A stretch of DNA of 64,000 nt from an uncultured Alphaproteobacteria bacterium (GCA_934254585.1 CAKQLF010000003.1:39371-103370); one strand, 5' to 3'; positions 10,294 to 20,020 are shown, counted from the stretch's first letter. Numbers and translations: made by a program. Notes: generated from the letters alone by a model not told the origin.

Positions 10294-11118
10294 ATGGCAA
10301 AATATGGAGAGAATATGGCTGAAATAGAAGAGACCTTGCAGTGGTATATATTTGGCGGAGTTGATGAAATTTGCGCCGAAGAGCCGTTTAATGCCTTGCA
10401 AAGAACGGAAGAACAAGTCGTAAAGACAAAGCCTGACAACGCAAACAATGTTGTTGCACCAGTGTCTTTAGAAACTCAGCGTCCGGCCACCACTTTGTTG
10501 GCGCAAAACAACAGCGGGGCTTGCAGTAATGCGCGTGAAATTTGTGCTTCGGCTAAGTCATTGACCGAACTCAGGGATTTAATGGAAAAGTTTGAGGGGT
10601 GCTCGCTGAAATTTTCAGCCAATTCCACGGTTTTCGGCTATGGCAGCGTAACCGCCAGGGTGATGCTGATTGGTGAAGCCCCCGGAGCTGACGAAGATAT
10701 GCAAGGTAAACCTTTTGTCGGAAGAAGCGGACAACTTTTGACTAAAATGCTGGCGGCAATAGGGTTGAAAAGAGAAGAATGTTACATTACAAATGTGTTG
10801 CCGTGGCGTCCACCCGGAAACCGTACGCCAACCGACGGCGAAGTGGCTGTTTGTTTGCCTTTTTTACAAAGACAGATTGAATTGATTAAGCCGGAATGTA
10901 TTTTTTTATTGGGCGGAAGTGCTGCGAATGCGGTCTTGAATAATGCAGAAAGCATATCACATTTGCGTGGACATTTTATCGACTATACTACAGCCGAAGG
11001 TTTGGTTATACCGACATTGTCAAGTTTTCATCCGGCCTTTTTGCTCCGTTCGCCTCAGCAAAAAGCTAAAGCTTGGTGTGATTTGCTGCGTTTGCAAAGA
11101 AAACTTGCCAAAAGCTAG
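10294..11118 (+). CDS. Family-4 uracil-DNA glycosylase with an N-terminal extension
   Basis: GEAPGADEDMQGKPFVGRSGQLL and the C-terminal HPAFLLR motif are typical of family-4 UDGs. The start is ambiguous: TTG 10285, ATG 10294 or ATG 10315. Confidence 0.8.
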   Translation: MAKYGENMAEIEETLQWYIFGGVDEICAEEPFNALQRTEEQVVKTKPDNANNVVAPVSLETQRPATTLLAQNNSGACSNAREICASAKSLTELRDLMEKFEGCSLKFSANSTVFGYGSVTARVMLIGEAPGADEDMQGKPFVGRSGQLLTKMLAAIGLKREECYITNVLPWRPPGNRTPTDGEVAVCLPFLQRQIELIKPECIFLLGGSAANAVLNNAESISHLRGHFIDYTTAEGLVIPTLSSFHPAFLLRSPQQKAKAWCDLLRLQRKLAKS

Positions 11119-11195
11119 AAATTTAAAAAAATTAAGGAAAATTAAATAATAAAGCAATATACTGACAACATATTTAATACTTTTGGAGTAATAAA

Positions 11196-11936
11196 ATGAA
11201 TAAGTTCAATAAAATTTTGATGTCAAGCTTGAGTTCCTTGTGTGTTTTTTTATCTGCCGCCAACGCAATGGCTGATGAAACAGAAGAAAAAAATGCCACA
11301 TCAGAAGCCGGCGCAATCCTTTTTCGTATTGAAAATATAAAGCCTGTGCAAAACAAAGATGGTATAGTGGATAAGTGTACATTTGTGGTAACAACATACA
11401 ATCGAATGGAAAAGGGTATCAGAGAAGCTAAGTTGAACTTTACCTGGCAAGATAATATCTCAGCTAAATACACAATTAACGGTAATGATATAGAAGTCAA
11501 TAAAGGCAAAGAGGCGCAAACAACTGTTTCTACCGAAGTTACTTTGACCAATATTATGCCGCATCGGCAAAAAAGTTTTGAGGCCAGTGTGAATACCAAT
11601 AAGTGTTTCTTGTTGTTTGATAATTTGCAATACACTGTCAGCTCTTGTGCCAACGAAGGTGATAAAATTGAGCGCAAAAATAATGGTAGAAGTATGAATA
11701 ATAATTCAAAATCTCAGGAAAACAACACTTCAGTCGGAAGTTGCGCTAACAATTTTGATTATATCGATTCGCAAAATCCCGAATATTATTCCGAATTTAA
11801 AGATGTTCCGGAAAGCGTGATTGCCGAGCAGGTTGAAAACGAAAAGAATATCGAAGTAGAAAAAATTACCACCGGTTATGGAAAATTGATGGGTGAATTT
11901 AGCAAAATTAGTGATATTTTGAGTGCTATAAAATAG
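11196..11936 (+). CDS. Secreted hypothetical protein (paralog 1)
   Basis: Signal peptide ending ANA-MADE. GGAG RBS. Shares a Cys-containing core with the next gene. Confidence 0.7.
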   Translation: MNKFNKILMSSLSSLCVFLSAANAMADETEEKNATSEAGAILFRIENIKPVQNKDGIVDKCTFVVTTYNRMEKGIREAKLNFTWQDNISAKYTINGNDIEVNKGKEAQTTVSTEVTLTNIMPHRQKSFEASVNTNKCFLLFDNLQYTVSSCANEGDKIERKNNGRSMNNNSKSQENNTSVGSCANNFDYIDSQNPEYYSEFKDVPESVIAEQVENEKNIEVEKITTGYGKLMGEFSKISDILSAIK

Positions 11937-11946
11937 GAGAAAATAG

Positions 11947-12570
11947 ATGAAAAGTTTGAGTCTGTTAGGAGTGTTGCTGTTGAGTCCGGCAGTTTTACAG
12001 GCTCAAACATTGGCTATTCCGTCTTCAAACACCGCTAAAACACCGGCAAATTCGGTTCAGAAAACATATTCAACCACGGAAGCCGCCGCAGAAACGATGC
12101 AAAAAAAAGAAACGTCACCGGAATATGTGGTTAAAAACTTTAATCAGAATTTGCAAAATAATGATGATAAAAAGTATGACAATAGTCAGCAAAAAGCGTA
12201 TAGCTTTAAAATTATCAATGGTGAGATTGTGCCTGATAACCGACGTTCTATTTTGATTTCTTATGAAGATTACAAAATAAATCGGAGCTTTGACAACTGG
12301 ATGCGTTGTTCGATGCGTATATATGTATTGAATGACTTAACCGAGAAAATAAATAACTTTAGTTTTAAGTTGCATTGGCCGGAAATCAGCACCACGGTGC
12401 AGATGAACAGACTAAACCCCGGAGTGCGCACCTACAAAGATATTGTGTTGTTGGGAAACGGGTGTTTGCATCTTGATAAAACGCCGACTATCGAGGTAAA
12501 CCGTTGCCGCGTCAAGGGAATGACGCAAGAACAATGTGCAGATGCTGTAAAATGGTATCGAAGTAGATAA
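11947..12570 (+). CDS. Secreted hypothetical protein (paralog 2)
   Basis: Signal peptide LLSPAVLQA-QT. AGGAG RBS. RCSMRIYVLND...FKLHW and NGC...VNRC align with paralog 1. Confidence 0.7.
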   Translation: MKSLSLLGVLLLSPAVLQAQTLAIPSSNTAKTPANSVQKTYSTTEAAAETMQKKETSPEYVVKNFNQNLQNNDDKKYDNSQQKAYSFKIINGEIVPDNRRSILISYEDYKINRSFDNWMRCSMRIYVLNDLTEKINNFSFKLHWPEISTTVQMNRLNPGVRTYKDIVLLGNGCLHLDKTPTIEVNRCRVKGMTQEQCADAVKWYRSR

Positions 12571-12577
12571 GAAAAAT

Positions 12578-12599
12578 AGAGGCTTAGGCCTCTTTTTTG
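12578..12599 (+). terminator. Rho-independent terminator
   Basis: AGAGGC-TTAG-GCCTCT hairpin followed by TTTTTT, 8 nt after the stop codon of 11947..12570. Confidence 0.75.
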
Positions 12600-12776
12600 T
12601 TGTCAAAACTAAAAAAATAGACTATAATAAAACTGTATTTATTAAGTATTATAGAAGAGATTTTGTTTACATTTTATGTTTATGAGTTTCGTGTTTTTCT
12701 TTTTTTCTTAGATAAACAATTGTTTTACTTTAAATACAAATTAATTTGATTGTTGAACTTCTAAAAATTATAAATT

Positions 12777-13025
12777 ATGGGACTCGTTTTAGGTTTTGTT
12801 GTATTGCTTATCTTTGGAATTTGCTCAGTAACAGACTTCACTAATATAAAGAATCTTATCGGACAACTTATTGCTGTTATAGGATTTTATTGGTTAGGTT
12901 CACTATTTGCTACTATTCCGGAGGTTCTGAGCTTGCATTTTTCTTTCACAACCATCATCGCCGGCTTTTTTTATTCAATTGCAGCTTTGATTATTTGGAT
13001 GAAAATTGTGTGCATTTTCAAGTAA
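12777..13025 (+). CDS. Small hydrophobic protein (82 aa), hypothetical
   Basis: ORF predicted to contain several TM segments, within a ~900-bp AT-rich intergenic tract. No clear RBS. Confidence 0.35.
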   Translation: MGLVLGFVVLLIFGICSVTDFTNIKNLIGQLIAVIGFYWLGSLFATIPEVLSLHFSFTTIIAGFFYSIAALIIWMKIVCIFK

Positions 13026-13351
13026 TAATAAAACTAATTTATCGTGGTAATTCTTCAAATGTAAGTTTGGAAAATTACCGCGATATTTTTTATTGCTTAA
13101 CTGAAAAATATATTATAAAATAAAGATGTTATTTTAAGTATTATAGTTATCATTATTTATGAATGTTCATAATTTTCCTTTTCTAGGATGATGACTGTTT
13201 TTACTTATATGTTTAATCTCTAAAAAAAAAATTTGATTATGGAGTTCATCATTTTGTTTATGTTTGTTTTTGCCGGTTTAATCGCTATTGGCTGCACAGG
13301 CGGCTCAGGAGGAGATTTCTAAGGGCTGAAACTTTACATATCAATTAGTGT

Positions 13352-13402
13352 ATCACGCTTAAATTTTCAGATGTATGTCTGATTATTTGGCGTGATTTTT
13401 TT
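13352..13402 (+). terminator. Long imperfect hairpin plus T8, terminator-like
   Basis: ATCACGC...TCAGA-TGTATG-TCTGA...GCGTGAT followed by TTTTTTTT. Confidence 0.5.
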
Positions 13403-13513
13403 TATACGAAAAAAAGTGTAATTTTCGCTTAGAATTTAATTGAATATTTAATAATTCGTGCTAATTTACAGCCAAATAGATAAAAATTGCAATTTAATTA
13501 AGGTTTTATACAA

Positions 13514-14263
13514 ATGGAAACACAAACTCTTTCAGATGTTGCGCAAACAGCAACGGAACAGATGTCTTTATGGGATATGGTTTGGTCGTCTGACACCATT
13601 ACTAAAGTGGTTATGATTGGCTTGATTGCCGTTTCGGTATGGTCGTGGGCGATTATAATGGAAAAATTTGCCACTTTACGTCAGGTGCGTAGCTTGTCTA
13701 AAAAATTTGAGGAGGCCTTTTGGTCCGGTGGTTCGTTGGACAGACTTTTTGAAGCAATCGGCAATCGTCCGCGCGACCCGATGTCCTCTATGTTTGTGGC
13801 GGCAATGCGCGAGTGGAAACGCAACACTTTGATGAAAGGTAAAACAGACCGTAGTATCCGCGGCGTTTCTTTACAGCAGCGTATTGAAAAAGCTATGTTG
13901 GTGTCAATGGATAAAGAACTTGATGGTTTGGACACTCACTTGGGATTTTTGGCCACAACTGGTTCGGTTGCTCCGCTTATTGGTTTGTTTGGTACGGTTT
14001 GGGGTATTATTAACAGCTTTAACGCTATTGCTGTTACCCAAAGCAACTCTTTGTCGGCTATGGCTCCGGGTATTGCCGAAGCTTTGTTTACAACCGCGTT
14101 TGGCTTGATTGCGGCTATTCCTGCAGTTGTGGCTTATAATGCCATCACCACGGCAATTGACCGCTATGCTAAAAAACTGGAGAATTTTATGGCTGAATTT
14201 TCAACAATTTTATCTCGTGAAATTGATGAAACAACTCTGAAAGCCGATATGGCGGGAGAATAA
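13514..14263 (+). CDS. tolQ: Tol-Pal system protein TolQ
   Basis: 249 aa MotA/TolQ/ExbB-type protein (LGFLATTGSVAPLIGLFGTVWGII, MAPGIAEALFTTAFGL). Followed by tolR and tolA. Confidence 0.9.
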   Translation: METQTLSDVAQTATEQMSLWDMVWSSDTITKVVMIGLIAVSVWSWAIIMEKFATLRQVRSLSKKFEEAFWSGGSLDRLFEAIGNRPRDPMSSMFVAAMREWKRNTLMKGKTDRSIRGVSLQQRIEKAMLVSMDKELDGLDTHLGFLATTGSVAPLIGLFGTVWGIINSFNAIAVTQSNSLSAMAPGIAEALFTTAFGLIAAIPAVVAYNAITTAIDRYAKKLENFMAEFSTILSREIDETTLKADMAGE

Positions 14264-14265
14264 CT

Positions 14266-14733
14266 ATGGCTTTTATGCAAAATTCCTCCTACACTCGTCG
14301 TCAATCTCGTCGCAAAGCCGATGTTAATATCACAAATCTGATGGATGTGATGATGGTTTTGTTGGTGGTGTTTATGGTGGCTGCTCCGCTGATGACTTCC
14401 GGTATTCCTTTGGATTTGCCAAAAGTCGGCGGTAAAAGTTTGGATGGTAACGAAACCTCTGTTAACATCAGCGTTGACAAAGACGGTTACTATTACATCG
14501 GCGAAACCGTGGTGAATGACGAGGATATATTAGAGCGTTTGAAGGGAATCAAAGGAGCTAATGATGCCTTATCGGTAACAATTTCCGGAGATACCACCAC
14601 TTCTTATGGAAGAGTTATCGGACTGATGGCTATGCTGAAAGAAGCCGGCTATGACAAAGTGGGCTTAAAGACCGAAGCTAAGCCGTATGCCGGTAAAAAC
14701 GCAGGAAAAAACAAGACAAAAAGCAAGAAATAA
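14266..14733 (+). CDS. tolR: Tol-Pal system protein TolR (ExbD family)
   Basis: INITNLMDVMMVLLVVFMV TM segment plus an ExbD-type periplasmic domain. Begins 2 nt after tolQ. Confidence 0.88.
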   Translation: MAFMQNSSYTRRQSRRKADVNITNLMDVMMVLLVVFMVAAPLMTSGIPLDLPKVGGKSLDGNETSVNISVDKDGYYYIGETVVNDEDILERLKGIKGANDALSVTISGDTTTSYGRVIGLMAMLKEAGYDKVGLKTEAKPYAGKNAGKNKTKSKK

Positions 14734-14739
14734 CGACAG

Positions 14740-15744
14740 ATGAACAAGTACTTAAAACGATCGATAGTTTTACATATAGCGGTGTTTGTGCTCTTTATGA
14801 TTGATTTGCCGAATTGGCATCACGATATGACATTGGGCAGTGCACCGATTATTGTTGATTTGTCGCAAGTACGCATTGATGAAATGACTAATTTGCCGTC
14901 AAAAGCCGAATTTGGTCCGGAAGATCGCAAAGCAACAGTGGCCGAGCGCAAAAAAGAGGAACAATACACTAAAGATGTTGCTCCCGAACCTGAGCCTGAA
15001 CCGGCAAAAACGGAAGAAAAATCTGAGCCGGAAAAACAGCCCGAAGTTAGTCCGGACGAAAAGCCGACCGAGGTTAAACAAGATTATTTAGAAGCACCAA
15101 AGCCGGAAAAGAAACCTGAAAGAAAGCCTGATCCTAAGCCGACTCCGAAACAGCCGCCGATTCCGGATTCTAAGCCGAAACCTAAACCTAAGCCGCAACC
15201 AAAACCGGATAATAAGCCGAAAGACACCAAAAAATCCAAGCCGGAAGAAAAGGCCGCTTTGCAGAGCAGTGCTCTAAAGAGCCTGATGCAGGAAATTGAT
15301 AATACCAAAAATTTGGATATTGGAGAAACCACGCAAAGCGCAATGATAAAAGAAGGCACACAAGTTAATAATATGGGAATTGAAGGTGGTAACAGTAATG
15401 GCTCTTACTTGAGTGATTTGACCATTACCGAAACTGATGCCATTGCCAGCTTGTTGCGTCAAAACTGGAATCTTGACCCGGGGGCTATCGGTTTGGAAAA
15501 TATGCGGGTGGAAATCAGAGTGCATTTAAATCGAGATGGTAGTATTAAAAAGATAGAATTTTTGGATATGAGACGTTTCAATTCCGACCCGAGTTATCGT
15601 TCGGTGGCCGAGAGCGCGCAACGCGCCATTATTGCCACACAGCAAGTGTTTAAAGATGTGTTTGCCGGAAAATATTCGGGAAATTATGACAACTGGAGCA
15701 CTTTGCGCTTGAACTTTGACCCACTGGATAAAGGTGTAAATTAA
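14740..15744 (+). CDS. tolA: TolA-like envelope protein
   Basis: N-terminal TM, long Pro/Lys/Glu-rich linker (PKPKPKPQPKPDNKPKD), and a TonB/TolA-type C-terminal domain. Confidence 0.8.
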   Translation: MNKYLKRSIVLHIAVFVLFMIDLPNWHHDMTLGSAPIIVDLSQVRIDEMTNLPSKAEFGPEDRKATVAERKKEEQYTKDVAPEPEPEPAKTEEKSEPEKQPEVSPDEKPTEVKQDYLEAPKPEKKPERKPDPKPTPKQPPIPDSKPKPKPKPQPKPDNKPKDTKKSKPEEKAALQSSALKSLMQEIDNTKNLDIGETTQSAMIKEGTQVNNMGIEGGNSNGSYLSDLTITETDAIASLLRQNWNLDPGAIGLENMRVEIRVHLNRDGSIKKIEFLDMRRFNSDPSYRSVAESAQRAIIATQQVFKDVFAGKYSGNYDNWSTLRLNFDPLDKGVN

Positions 15745-15778
15745 CAGTTTTCTTTTTAACAAGCTTGGAGGTGGGGAT

Positions 15779-17236
15779 ATGGAAAACATCTATCAACGAA
15801 AGTTGTTTTATCCCTTTATCGGGTTAATATGCTTGTTGAATGTGCTGGGTGTTATCTTGTGCTATTTTTACAACAACACGGCAATGGCCGATGAAATGGA
15901 GCATTTGCGCGCAAGTTGGTTTGTAAGTCAGGGCTATTTGCCATATCGGGATTTTTTTGAGCATCATCACCCTTTGCTGTGGTTTGGATGGTCTCCCTTA
16001 ATGAAAATCTTACCGCAGAAATTTGATTATGCTTGGTACACCGCCAGATTTGCGGCGGCGTTGTTTTCCATAGGAAGTTTAACTGTTTTTTTCTTTTGGG
16101 TGAAACGTTTCTTCGGCGGTGTGAAAACGGCCTGTCTGGCGATATGCTTTTCTTTTATGATTTATGTAAATTGGTACACGTTTTCAATTTTTAAGCCCGA
16201 TACATTTGCACGTTTTTTCTATATGTTGGGATTGTATGAATTTTTTGCTTTTTGCCAAAATAAAAAAACAAAAGATTTAGTATGGTGTGGCGTTAACTTT
16301 ACGATTTCGTTTTTATTTCTACAGACTTTGATATTCAGTATTTTACCGCTAATGTTTCCGACGATTTGGCTGTTATATAAAAAACAAATCAGTTGGAAAG
16401 CAATGGTGATTGCCGCCGTTATACCTTTATTGATGTTTTTGGCGGCACTGATATTTTTATCTCTTACGGATTCGCTGTCGGCATATTTTCAACTTAATTG
16501 GGTATTTAATAGTTATCTATTTAAGGTGTCGCAGTTTCATAACAATCCGGTTATATATTTTTACGGAATATATATCTTTATGGCGGCGGTGTCATCTTTG
16601 TTTCTTATTATTAAACGCAAAACTGATTTCAACATCAACGTTGTTATTATGTTGTTTTGGGGCGAACTGTTTCATCTGTTATATTTTTCCGCCGTATGGC
16701 CGCATTATTTTGTGTATTTATTTATTTTTTCCGCAGTCATTTGGGCTTTAACTTTTCAGTATATAACCGACGGTGTTTTCATAAACACTACAAAATTGTG
16801 TCTTATTGCCGGTATTGCCATCAATGCTTCTATGCTTTATGTGCTTTATGTGCATAACAACAAAAGCATTATGAACATTATGAACATTATGAACATAATA
16901 GAAAATTCGGAGAATAAAACAGTATTAAATTGTATAGATGTTTTTTATGTTTGGGAGCCTTTGCATCACTATTATTGGTTTTATCCGAATATGGAAGTCG
17001 TTGACAGTGTTCTACATAACAGGTATCCGGAATTTGATATAAATGAATATCTGCAAAGCAATAAAATTGAATACATTTCTATGGATAAAAATATTAAATG
17101 CGATGCCGTTTTAGAAGAAAACGCTTTGCCGCCTGATAATCATAAAAACTTGCAAAATTTCAGCATAAGGCCGGAAGTGTACGATAAATATGAGGAAATT
17201 TACAGCGATTTTTATAAGCGAAAAGCTGATTTTTAA
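15779..17236 (+). CDS. Polytopic membrane protein, ArnT/PMT (GT-C) like glycosyltransferase
   Basis: 485 aa with more than 10 predicted TM segments. First-loop DE motif (MADEMEHLRASWFVSQGYLPYRDFFEHHHP) as in GT39/GT83-type enzymes. Confidence 0.5.
   Translation: MENIYQRKLFYPFIGLICLLNVLGVILCYFYNNTAMADEMEHLRASWFVSQGYLPYRDFFEHHHPLLWFGWSPLMKILPQKFDYAWYTARFAAALFSIGSLTVFFFWVKRFFGGVKTACLAICFSFMIYVNWYTFSIFKPDTFARFFYMLGLYEFFAFCQNKKTKDLVWCGVNFTISFLFLQTLIFSILPLMFPTIWLLYKKQISWKAMVIAAVIPLLMFLAALIFLSLTDSLSAYFQLNWVFNSYLFKVSQFHNNPVIYFYGIYIFMAAVSSLFLIIKRKTDFNINVVIMLFWGELFHLLYFSAVWPHYFVYLFIFSAVIWALTFQYITDGVFINTTKLCLIAGIAINASMLYVLYVHNNKSIMNIMNIMNIIENSENKTVLNCIDVFYVWEPLHHYYWFYPNMEVVDSVLHNRYPEFDINEYLQSNKIEYISMDKNIKCDAVLEENALPPDNHKNLQNFSIRPEVYDKYEEIYSDFYKRKADF
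16868..16894 (+). repeat. In-frame 9-bp tandem repeat (ATTATGAAC x3) encoding IMNIMNIMN
   Basis: Read directly from the sequence. Lies inside CDS 15779..17236. Confidence 0.95.
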
Positions 17237-17344
17237 ATAACACTTTCAGCCGCGGCGCACATTTTATTTGCAGCTTAGACAAAGATATAAGAAAAGCTCC
17301 AAAGTGGCTAGTCTTCGGAGCTTGAAAATACCTTCCAGTATCAA

Positions 17345-17884
17345 TCAGTAGTTCTCTTCGTGTATTTCGAAATAACTTTGCGGATGAGCGCAAACAGGAC
17401 AAACTGTTGGGGCTTCCATCCCCACAACAATATGCCCGCAGTTACGGCATTCCCAAACCTTTACGCTTGATTTGGCAAAAACCTGTTTAGTTTCCACATT
17501 TTTCAGCAAAGCTTTATATCTTTCTTCGTGGCGTTTTTCAATAGCGGCCACAGCGCGAAATTTTTCAGCTAAAGCGGAAAAACCTTCCTTTTCTGCAGTT
17601 TTAGCAAAGCCGTCATACATATCGGTCCATTCATAATTTTCACCGTCTGCAGCTTGTTGTAAATTGGCTACGGTGTTTCCTAAACCGCCCAATTCCTTAA
17701 ACCACATTTTGGCGTGCTCCTTTTCATTATCTGCAGTTTTTGTAAACAAAGCTGAAATTTGCTCATAACCTTCTTTTTTGGCCACACTGGCAAAATAGGT
17801 ATATTTATTGCGAGCCTGGCTTTCACCGGCAAACGCTGTTTGCAAATTTTTTTCAGTTTGAGTACCTTCATATTTATTAGTCAT
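17345..17884 (-). CDS. rbr: Rubrerythrin
   Basis: Ferritin-like di-iron domain (two E..H motifs: [16 protein letters not shown]) plus a C-terminal rubredoxin-like CRNCG...CPVC. Confidence 0.92.
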   Translation of the reverse strand: MTNKYEGTQTEKNLQTAFAGESQARNKYTYFASVAKKEGYEQISALFTKTADNEKEHAKMWFKELGGLGNTVANLQQAADGENYEWTDMYDGFAKTAEKEGFSALAEKFRAVAAIEKRHEERYKALLKNVETKQVFAKSSVKVWECRNCGHIVVGMEAPTVCPVCAHPQSYFEIHEENY

Positions 17885-18257
17885 ATTCAGATCCTTTTAC
17901 ATTTTTGCAATTTTTACAAATATAATTGATGTTGAGGCTATAAGAAATAAGCTCACCATTAAGTTGGCGTTCAATATCATCTTTAACCCCGGAAACAACT
18001 ATATCCGAGATTCTTCCGCATTTGGCGCAGACCAGATGATCGTGCTCCGGCAAGATTTTATCATAACAATCAATTTGATTGGGAAGACAAATCTTACGAA
18101 TCAGATTATCTTTCAAAAGCACATTTAAATTATTATAAACCGTGGCGCGCACAATAGACGGCATCAATTTCTGCGCGAGGGCAAAAATTTGTTCCGCCGT
18201 ATAGTGTTGGCGGGCATTGTTTATAATATTTAAAATAAGTTGCTTTTGCTTAGTCAT
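17877..18257 (-). CDS. Fur-family regulator, PerR-like
   Basis: 126 aa. Winged-helix N-terminus ([29 protein letters not shown]), [10 protein letters not shown] and CKNC Cys pairs. Overlaps the rubrerythrin start by 8 nt. Confidence 0.8.
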   Translation of the reverse strand: MTKQKQLILNIINNARQHYTAEQIFALAQKLMPSIVRATVYNNLNVLLKDNLIRKICLPNQIDCYDKILPEHDHLVCAKCGRISDIVVSGVKDDIERQLNGELISYSLNINYICKNCKNVKGSEYD

Positions 18258-18373
18258 TAAATTTCCAAATTTAGAATGATTCTAAAAATTTTATATACTA
18301 ATAAAAAATAAAAAGCAAGCATAAAATAAGAAAACTTCGATTCTTATTGAACCGAAGTTTTAGAGGGGTTTGA

Positions 18374-18958
18374 TTATTGTGCTTCATACAGAAATTTATA
18401 GAGCACAATTTCACTCTCATTACCGCGCTTAAAAAAAGCTTTAAGAGCTTCTTCACTACAAAACTTGCGAATTTTGATATAAGCTATAATATGGCGGTGA
18501 ACACCAAAATTTATCAACTCATTTTCAGCTTTAAAGCCAAAAGAGCTACGTCTTGCCGCTTTTTCGATTTCATCAATGTTTCCGCGATAAATCAAATCAA
18601 CCATAGCGTTTGCACAAAACGAATTAATCTCTAAATAGGCAAGAATTTCCGTTTCGACACCGCGTTGGATAAGGGCTTTTTCGGCCGATTCGCAGAGTTT
18701 ATACTTTTGCGTATAAGCTAGAATCTCGTTGTGTACACCACGTTTAATCAGGGCGATTTCACCTCGTTCGGCTAAAGAACGGGTTGAAATGTAAGCCAAA
18801 ATTTCTTCCGAATTTCCACGCTCTACAAAAACTTTGCTTGCATTTTCGGTAAAACGGAAAGATAAATTGTCCGAGATAAACTTTAGAAGCTCATCGTGAT
18901 TGGCATTCTGAATCAAAGCAAACTGCTCTTTTTCAGTAAGAGAAATTTTTTTGCGCAT
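18374..18958 (-). CDS. Hypothetical protein built from about six ~30-aa repeats (RG...EILAY)
   Basis: Repeated (L/F)(I/V).RG...EI(L/I)AY(I/L) units. A hairpin terminator lies downstream at about 18331..18365. Confidence 0.65.
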   Translation of the reverse strand: MRKKISLTEKEQFALIQNANHDELLKFISDNLSFRFTENASKVFVERGNSEEILAYISTRSLAERGEIALIKRGVHNEILAYTQKYKLCESAEKALIQRGVETEILAYLEINSFCANAMVDLIYRGNIDEIEKAARRSSFGFKAENELINFGVHRHIIAYIKIRKFCSEEALKAFFKRGNESEIVLYKFLYEAQ

Positions 18959-19120
18959 ATAAAAAATAATTAAAAAATTAATAATCTAAAAATCAGAGGG
19001 TAAAATAGCATATTTTTTATTTAACGGCAAGTCCAAAATGACAAAAAATCAGTAGATAAACATAAAATATTGCCAAAAATAAAAAATAGTGTTACACTGA
19101 AAATCTAAATATTAAGGATT

Positions 19121-19972
19121 ATGTATAAGAATTTTATTAATTATTTTTTAGCTGCATTAGTTTTGGTCGGTCTGTATTTCTTTATGACGTTGCCTACAAG
19201 TTGTTCATTAAATGATGAAGATGTGGATGATGAAGAAATTGTGGATAGCGTAGAGCCTTTTGACAATGTCGCAAGGGCAGATGCGCTTTCAGAAGATATT
19301 TTTTCATTTATCTGTTTGGTAGAAGGCGGAATTTTGAATGAAAATACCGGCGAGAACTATAATTGTGGCGCGCGTTGGACTACTTGGTACGGAGTAACGA
19401 CAACTCCTGAGGGTAAGTTGTTGAAAAAAGGTCAGGTAATTTCAAAAGCACAGGCTAAAGCTTGGTCTTTTGAGCATTTGCGCAAGCAGGTGTATCCATT
19501 TTTGAAGTATTTTTCTCACAAATTATCGGACGAGCAAATTATTGGAATTTGCTTGTTTGTTTACAATGTGGGAGGAGAGGCTTTAACCGGATATTCGGCT
19601 ACTGGCGAATATGTGAAAGAACCTTGCGAGTTTTTTAAGGCTGTCGAAAAGAGGTTGACACCTGAAGAGTGTGTTAACAAAATGACAGAATATAGAAAAT
19701 CAGCCGGCAAGCGTGCTAATGGTTTACTAAAGCGTCATTGGGTGCAGGGCGCGGCTTATTTAGGGATTCTTACCGCCAATAATATTGGTGATTTGGAACC
19801 TCGAAAGTTTTATCAGACCAAAAATTTTGGTAATTACTATTGGGTTGACAAAGAGCGTCAGCCGATAGCCGATGAAAATGGTTTCTATAAGTTGCGTTAC
19901 GATGATGTAACCATCAATACTTTCTTCAATATGAATGAAGGTCTTGAGGAAACAGTAAATTCAATTAAGTGA
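19121..19972 (+). CDS. Membrane- or lipid-anchored lysozyme-like protein (GH24-like)
   Basis: N-terminal hydrophobic segment ending LPTSC. LVEGG...WTTWYGVT, IIGICLFVYNVGGEAL and GLLKRHWVQGAAYL resemble phage-type lysozyme motifs. The register around the catalytic Asp is not conserved. Confidence 0.5.
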   Translation: MYKNFINYFLAALVLVGLYFFMTLPTSCSLNDEDVDDEEIVDSVEPFDNVARADALSEDIFSFICLVEGGILNENTGENYNCGARWTTWYGVTTTPEGKLLKKGQVISKAQAKAWSFEHLRKQVYPFLKYFSHKLSDEQIIGICLFVYNVGGEALTGYSATGEYVKEPCEFFKAVEKRLTPEECVNKMTEYRKSAGKRANGLLKRHWVQGAAYLGILTANNIGDLEPRKFYQTKNFGNYYWVDKERQPIADENGFYKLRYDDVTINTFFNMNEGLEETVNSIK

Positions 19973-20020
19973 AAGAAAAAAGGAGTGACTTTGTACAAGG
20001 CCGCTCCTTTTTTCTTTTTT

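Noticed and set aside
11174-11677. 167-aa minus-strand ORF
   Set aside because: It is antisense to the secreted-protein gene 11196..11936, which has an RBS and a signal peptide. The minus-strand ORF has no supporting features.
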